41,846 nucleotides of DNA from Chiloscyllium plagiosum (taxonomy: Eukaryota), in contig NC_057718.1 of assembly GCF_004010195.1 (NCBI RefSeq), positions 32,088,752-32,130,597 of the forward strand, given 5' to 3'. This document shows positions 35,227-41,846 of the stretch, one piece after another (positions within the stretch are counted from its first letter, which is position 1; the number at the start of each line of letters is the position of its first letter). A program made the translations under genes and the position numbers. Under the pieces are notes generated by a model. That model searched no databases. It was given only the letters and a program-made list of their open reading frames with translations, and was not told the DNA's origin.

Positions 35227-36511
35227 CCAAACTCAGTGTGACTCATACTAACATAAAAAAGCACAGGATTCAGCCCAGTGTATATTGGTTTAGTGGAGCT
35301 TGCCTGACTTCAGTATACAAGTGCAGCATGATTTCTCCATAAAATATAAAGGTTTTGAGAACACTGGTCTAGGAAATATGTAATGCAAAGTGATATTTAA
35401 TGTTTAATCCATTTGTATCAAATTCTTAAATGTTTAAATGGAAGCTTAACACATTTATTTTAATGAATTAATTCTCCATTAACACAAAGAAATATCTGAA
35501 GATGTTAAATATTACTTTGATAAGATCTCAGAGCATGAACGCAGGGTTTACATCTTCCGAACAGATTATCAGATCTGAATTATTCAAATATGCTTAACAT
35601 ATTTCAGGTATGAGAAGTGCAAATATATGTCTACATGTGTAAGTTTTAAGCTTCCCACGTGAGAATCATCAATAGTTGGTTGCAGATGCAATTCGAAACT
35701 GTGGCATCAAAATAGAAAAATTCTCAGTTGTCTCCTTTGCCAATAAGGTGGCCAAAAGGGACATACAAAGCTCCTTTCCTGATATAATGTACACTGAACA
35801 CATATTGGCTTGTGGGTGGGTGGACTTCAGTATTAAATGCTACCAATTACTTCAGGGGTTCTGTATTCTCAGAAAGCAAATGGGGAATTTAAATCACGCC
35901 AATGCCAGCAGTGGATTAAGAGGTGCTAGCAGGTGGGAAGGGGTTGGGGCAAAGGTGCAATGAGGGGTGATCGCACTGTCTCCAGCAGCAAGGGAGGTCT
36001 CCACATGCTGCATTGGGAGGTCACTCAGTAAAACAGTTGGTTTGTCCTGCCTGGGCACCTTGTGACCTACAGACAGCACTCCCTTGGCAGCAAAGGCCAG
36101 TTTTGCTGTAGAATCCCTCCCCTGGTCCTACCGTTCATAATTATCCCATCCAGCCTCTTTGCCAGGGCCTGGTTGATTGGCCTCAATGAGCTTGATCCAC
36201 TCAACTGTGTTCTGGTACCTGCTGCAGTACTAGCCATGACCATAACTTCTGGTGGCACTGCTTGGACTGAGGAATAACCAACCTTTTGATTGACAGATGG
36301 TTCTTGGAGGTGGACTGAATGTCTTTAAAAGCACATATGTCCTGACAGCAGCAGACAACTTATGCTGTCATTGCTTCTGAAAATGGCTACTGCAGAATTG
36401 GCACCAATTTCATTCTCCGATGTGAGGCTTGAGTGCTACACGGGCATTAAGCGAGCTTAATGGTTGCCCTCTAGAATTATATATAAATATAAGTATATGA
36501 TCATGCAAAGA

Positions 36512-38300
36512 TATGAATTACGAGTGGAGTAGGCCATTCAGCTCCTTCAGCCTGCTCCACCATTCATTTAGATCATGGCTGATTCATGGCCTAACTCCAT
36601 AATGCCTGCCTTGGGCCCATATCCCTTGATAACCTTGCTTAATAAAAAAATCGTCTAGCGCAGATTTAAATTTAACAATTGAATTAGCATTAACTGCCGA
36701 TTGAGGAAGAGAATTCCGAACTTCCACTAGTCTTTGCAAATACAAGTTCTTTCTGACATCTCTCCTGAAGGGCCTCTTTCTTAGATATGCTCCCGGTTCC
36801 AGAATCTTCAACTAGTGGAAATAGTTTATCTTTATCAACCACATCTTTCCCACCTCGATTAGATTACTCGTTAACCCACCAAATTCGAGAAAGTAAATGT
36901 CTAATTTGTCTAATCCCTGAAGTTCAGTTATTATCGTTGTGAACCTGTGTTGAACTCCCTCCTCGGGAAAAGTATCCTTCCTAAGGTGCTGTGCTCAGAT
37001 CTGTTGACAGTACTTTATGTGGGGTCTTACTAGGGATTTGTAAAACTGCAGCCTTATACTCCAGCCCTTTAAATGTGAAGGCCAGCAGTTCGTTAGCTCT
37101 CTTGACAATTTTCTGTACCCGGCCATGGCTTTTTAAAGAGCTATGCATCTGAATCCTTAAATCTCATTGGACATCCACTGTATGTAACTCTGTGCCTTTT
37201 AAAGAAAGCTTAAATCTGTCTTTTTTGGTCCAAAATGGTTGACTTCATCCTTGCTTATATTATAATCTATCTGCCACAGCTTTGCTCATTTATCTAATCT
37301 ATCTATTTCCTGTTGTAATTTTATGCTGTCATAAATACTATCTCTCAATGCTGTTCAACGTTATATCGAGGAGTAAATTTGGATATTTGACTTTTTACAC
37401 CATAATCCAAGCCATTAATGAATATTTTGAATAATTGAGGCCCCCGCACAGATCCCTGCAGGACACCAGTAGTCAGGTCCTGCTCATTTGAGTACTTACC
37501 ATTATTCCAACTCTCAACTTTCTGCCACTCAACTAATTTCCTGTCCATGTTAGTAATTTGCCCTCAAATCTGTGAGCATCCACCTTAGCTAACAGTCTGT
37601 TGTGTGGGACTTTCTCAGAAGCCTTCTGGACATTCATATAAACAATATCCATCAGCTTACCTCTGTCCACACCTTTGCCACCACTTCAAAAAGCAGCGGA
37701 GTTCTGACTCTCACTGATTAACTGAAGTTTTTCGGGGTGATCAGTAATTCTATCCTTGATTATAGACTCCATCAATTTTCCCTACCACAGCTGTTAAATT
37801 ACCTAGCTTCCTTCTGTTAGCCTTCTTAAAGAGCAGCATTATATGAGCAAATTTCGAATCCAGAAGTATAACTCCTGAGTCCAGCGAACAGTAAGATTAT
37901 GGATGGGGCAATGGCAATGTGCTGTCCCACCTCCTTTAACACCTGTTAGTGGAAACCAGCAGGTCCTGAGGAGTTGTCACTCTTCAATTCCATTAATTTC
38001 CCCACTATTGATGATTTACTTCAGCTAATTTTCTTGAGACACTGTCCCAAATTCTCTGTTAATTTCTCTGTGACTTCAAGCAAGCTATCCTCTTTTCCTG
38101 CTGTGAATACTGATCCAACAAAATTCATTCGGGATGTCTGACATTTCCCTATGGTCACTGACAATATCCCCATGCAGCCTCAGTGGACCAATGGTACTCT
38201 TAAGCAGCTGCTTTCCATTTATATGACTGTAAAATCTCTTCTTATTGCCTTTTCTGTCCCTAGGAAGTGTTGTTTCATAATCCTTTTTAGTCTCTCTAAG
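36512..38300 (-). mobile_element. Older CR1 LINE fragment (RT and 3' end)
   Basis: Minus-strand GVLQGSVRGPQLFKIFINGLD..VKSQISKF (37345-37548) and PFRRDVRKNLYLQRLVEVRNSLP (36584-36811); 3' UTR ggagtaggccattcagc at 36526. The 5' boundary is approximate. Confidence 0.82.
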
Positions 38301-38930
38301 TCAGTTTGTGGCTCTTCATTAATATTTGTATTCTGTGGGATTTGCATGGTTCTGTGTTTAGAGTCCCGGAAAAATGATAAATAACCTTCCTACCTTTTGA
38401 TCAAATTTGCCTTACAATAAATTATGACATTATATTAATCCTCCTAATTACTTGCTTTATCTGCATATTAACCTTTGTGCTTCATGCACACAGATCCCTG
38501 CATCTCAGAGATTCTGTTACTTTTCACCATTTCAAAAATATTTTTGGTTTGCATCCTTGGTGACAAAATGGATAATTCCACATTTTTCCACATTATGGAA
38601 TCATACAGGATGGATTGGACATAATCCATTTAATATCATAAATGTGATGTATATATATAATGTTATATACTCTTTGCTTTACCTTGGAAATGGCAGCAGG
38701 AACAATTTAATCTTATGAACATTAAAAAAAGGCAGTACTAAAGGAAGAGAATGGGGCCACAGGATTAGATTTAAATTTTTTAAATCAGTACTGACACAAT
38801 GGGTTGAAAGGCCTCCTTTGCTGCTATATTGGTCACTTATGGTTGTAATAAATGGAATAAAAGGCAACTAATTCAAATCTTTCTTACCACAGTTTATATT
38901 CAAACTTGAAGGACTTTCTCACACATAGCT

Positions 38931-39049
38931 GAAGGATATGGGCTGGGTACTGGCAGGTGGGACTAGATTGGGTAGAGATATCTGGTTGGCATGGACGGGT
39001 TGGACCGAAGGGTCTGTTTCCATGCTGTACATCTCTGTGACTCTATGAC
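38931..39049 (+). mobile_element. CR1 3' UTR-only insertion
   Basis: Matches ~14240-14357; tail ctctgtgactctatgac. Confidence 0.88.
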
Positions 39050-40013
39050 AAAACTGTGAGAGAAAAATACATCAAACTACTTAATGAAAGCACTAATTGA
39101 TGGGTTGAGTTGAAGAGGGGTCTGTTATCTTGTTATTGTAAAAGAACACTGTCACATGGCTAATCCAAAAAAAATGAAATTTGTTGGCATTTTAAACCAG
39201 AATCAATATATATGTGAGAACTATGGATTATGTTTGTGGTGTTGCTTTAGTATGTATACAAAAGAAACCAGATAATATGACAGAAGAGCACTTGTTCAAA
39301 TTAATATATTTCTTTCACTGAGTATGTGATAATTTCAGCAAACAATGTGTTATACTATTTTTGGCATCTGCATTGTGCTATGTATTTTCAATAGCAGCTG
39401 AGTACTGAACAAGTACCTTGCTAAGATTTCTAAAAGTAAGCAAAATAGAGTCTGTCCAGTGGAAAGTTTATCTTGTAAATCTGGGGTCGCTCTCTGTTGC
39501 TAGTTTATGACAATAGTACTCACTATTTCTGGTGAAAATGCAGATTCTACTGGAATGGGTTCATTTCCACTCCCCAACATATGCTTTAAAAGAATATCAA
39601 ATTGAACTTACAAAGTTTCAATTTTAATATAATTCTGAAGCTCCATTGCATGTACCATTTCCACCTGCACCTGTTTAGTTGCTCTGTATTTTGTTATGTC
39701 TTGAAGTAAGATAGAGATGCCGATTAGGTCATAAGGTGAGCATCATGAACAGGTCCCTTAAATTTAGATCTGCAGTGAGGGATTTTCAAAGTGGTGAGGC
39801 TGTGGTGGTGGTGAATGTACTGCTGCTTACGTGCCCCTGCCATGCAGCAAGAAAAGTCAGTATCACACTGGCTGATGTATTATGAGACTGTGCAGCATCT
39901 ATTACTCACTGCAGGAGACTTTGAGGACATCAGTGTTGGACATCAGCTACTCAAAGAAGGAAGTCCTGCCCTTGATAGCTGCTGGCCAGTTGGATTGGTC
40001 ATAACTCAGCATT

Positions 40014-40243
40014 GAGGAGAAAGTGAGGTCTGCAGATGCTGGAGATCAAAGTTGAAACTTTATTGCTGGAACAGCACAGCAGGTCAGGCAGCATCCAGGG
40101 AACAGGAGACTCGACGTTTTGGGCACAGGCCCTTCTTCAGGAATGAGCAGAGAGTGTTCAGCAGGAGAAGATAAAAGGTAGGGAGGAGGGACTTGGAGGA
40201 GGGGCGTTGGAAATGTGATAGGTGGAAAGAGGTCAAGGTGAGG
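40014..40243 (-). mobile_element. Penelope-type terminal-repeat fragment (same family as 22306) with a hammerhead motif on the minus strand
   Basis: Starts with the same gaggagaaagtgaggtctgcagatgctggagatca. The minus strand reads attc-CTGAAGA-A-GGGC-ctgt-GCCC-AAAA-C-GTC-gagt. Degenerate flanking repeat ggtcataactcagca / ggccatactcagta. Confidence 0.82.
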
Positions 40244-40671
40244 GCCATACTCAGTAGTGGACACTCCTGGAACTGCAAGTAGAACCAGTAAGAAGACAGT
40301 CCATGGCATCTAGACCCAAGGAAGGCTGGGAGTTTGGACATGGAAGGATTGGAGATTGGAGGCCAGGCAGACAGGAACAAAGGATGCGGTTAACATCGTG
40401 GTAGCAATTTGCCCTAAAGATATCTCTGAATGATGCCTCCTTACTTCTGGTTTTGCAACAGTGCAGTTTAAAAATGGCCTTCTGACTCCCATCTAACTGC
40501 CCACATCAACTTGGATTATGGTTGTATTATTATCAAGCTCAGTAGCCCTTTAAGGATTTTTTCAAGAAAAACAGTGAGAAGGCTGCCTGACAGGATACTA
40601 GAGTCCAGCCATTTTCCAACCAATTGGACAGTGAATGTGTCTTTTATGTTGACTAGTTTAAGGGAGCAAGA

Positions 40672-40741
40672 CACATAGGTACAGGAGTAGGCCATTTAGC
40701 TTCTCAAGCTATTCTGCCATTGAGTGAAATCATAGATGATT
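40672..40741 (-). mobile_element. Old CR1 3' tail, interrupted by a younger CR1
   Basis: cataggtacaggagtaggccatttagc...atcatagatgat resembles 36520-36585. Confidence 0.6.
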
Positions 40742-40742
40742 T

Positions 40743-41188
40743 ATAGACAATAGGTGCAGGCGTCGGCCATTCGGCCCTTCGAGCTAGCACCACCATTCAT
40801 TATGATAAAGGCTGATCATCCACAATCAGTATCCTGTTCCTGCTTTATCCCCATAACTCTTGATTCCACTATCTTTAAGAGCTCTATGCAACTCTTTCTT
40901 GAAAGTATCCAGAGAATTGGCCTCCACAGCCTTCTGGGGCAGAGCATTCCATACACCCACCAATCTTTGTGTGAAGAAGTTACTCCCCATCTCTGTTCTA
41001 AATGGCCTAGCCCTTATTTTTAAACTCTGTCCTCTGGTTCAGGACTCACCCATCAGCGGAAACATGCTTCCTGCATCCAGACTGTCCAATCCTTTAGTAA
41101 TCTTATACGTCTCAATCAGATCACCTCTCATCATTCTAAACCCAAGTGTATACAAGCCCTGTCACTCCAATCTTTCAACATATGATAG
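40743..41188 (-). mobile_element. CR1 3' fragment, same subfamily as 1-722
   Basis: Close to the reverse complement of ~275-720 (e.g. FKLCPLVQ.SPISGNM.PA is shared by ORFs 278-490 and 40860-41789). Confidence 0.92.
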
Positions 41189-41846
41189 CGAGGACATCAT
41201 TTGGGACGAGGACATACCACAACCAAAAGGACTAGCCACACTACCATACATCAGGAGCATCTCGGAACTGACAGCCAGATTACTGCAACCCCTAGGACTC
41301 ATAACGGCACACAAACCAACAGCCACGCTCAGACAACAACTCACCAGAACGAAGGACCCGATACCCAACATGAGCAAGACGAATGTAGTGTACAAAATAC
41401 CATGCAAGGACTGCACTAAACACTATATAGGACAAACAGGAAGACAGCTAGCAATCCGCATACATGAACATCAACTAGCCACGAAACGACACAACCAGCT
41501 ATCCTTAGTAGCCACACACGCAGACAACAAGCAACATGAATTCGACTGGGACAAAATTACTATCATAGGGCAAGCCAGACAGACAACAGCCAGGGAATTC
41601 CTAGAGGCATGGCATTCATCCACAAACTCCATCAACAAACACATCGACCTGGACCCAATATACCAACCACTACAGCAGACAGCTGAAACTGACAACCGGA
41701 AGCGGCAGGGACAGACAACGAGAAACACCGGAGGAAACGTCAAAGAAGCGCTTCGCAGGAGGCTCCCAAGCACTGATGATGTAGCCTAGCCAGGGAACGA
41801 AACGTTTGCAACAAAAACTTCCAGCTCGGCGAACAAAACCACAACA
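41189..41846 (+). mobile_element. Penelope-like element 3' end: GIY-YIG endonuclease plus terminal repeat
   Basis: Uninterrupted LPYI...NVVYKIPCKDCTKHYIGQTGR.L..RIHEH...H....HEFDW...REFLEAWH...INK with the PLE Cys/His zinc motif; stop at 41787-41789; runs off the window edge. Confidence 0.95.
41770..41809 (+). ncRNA. Minimal type I hammerhead ribozyme motif at the Penelope ORF end
   Basis: gca-CTGATGA-t-GT(ag)CCT-agcc-AGG(ga)AC-GAAA-C-GTT-tgc: intact core, stem I gca/tgc, interrupted stem II, ACGT palindrome as stem III. Confidence 0.7.

Overview
Eukaryotic, repeat-rich intronic DNA, most likely from a shark (inferred from HE1/V-SINE, DeuSINE and CR1/Penelope repeat content). The only host coding sequence I recognise is a 64-bp plus-strand exon at 27649-27712 (IDLEPEGRVYVVIDLSGSSSE) matching exon 2 of protein kinase C epsilon (PRKCE), so the window is read as the end of intron 1, exon 2 and the start of intron 2. 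The rest is mostly mobile-element relics: many CR1 LINE copies (one near full-length, one with a twin-priming-type inversion), SINEs, a TA-flanked Tigger/pogo-like MITE, a 28-bp minisatellite, a Penelope GIY-YIG 3' end and a probable ancient hAT transposase relic. The most interesting signal is four minimal hammerhead-ribozyme motifs from three different Penelope-type repeats. One sits in a young TSD-flanked insertion whose perfect 72-bp inverted repeat could lock the ribozyme. Most short ORFs in the supplied track are repeat-derived or chance. Family names and comparisons to known proteins come from recalled motifs, not database searches.
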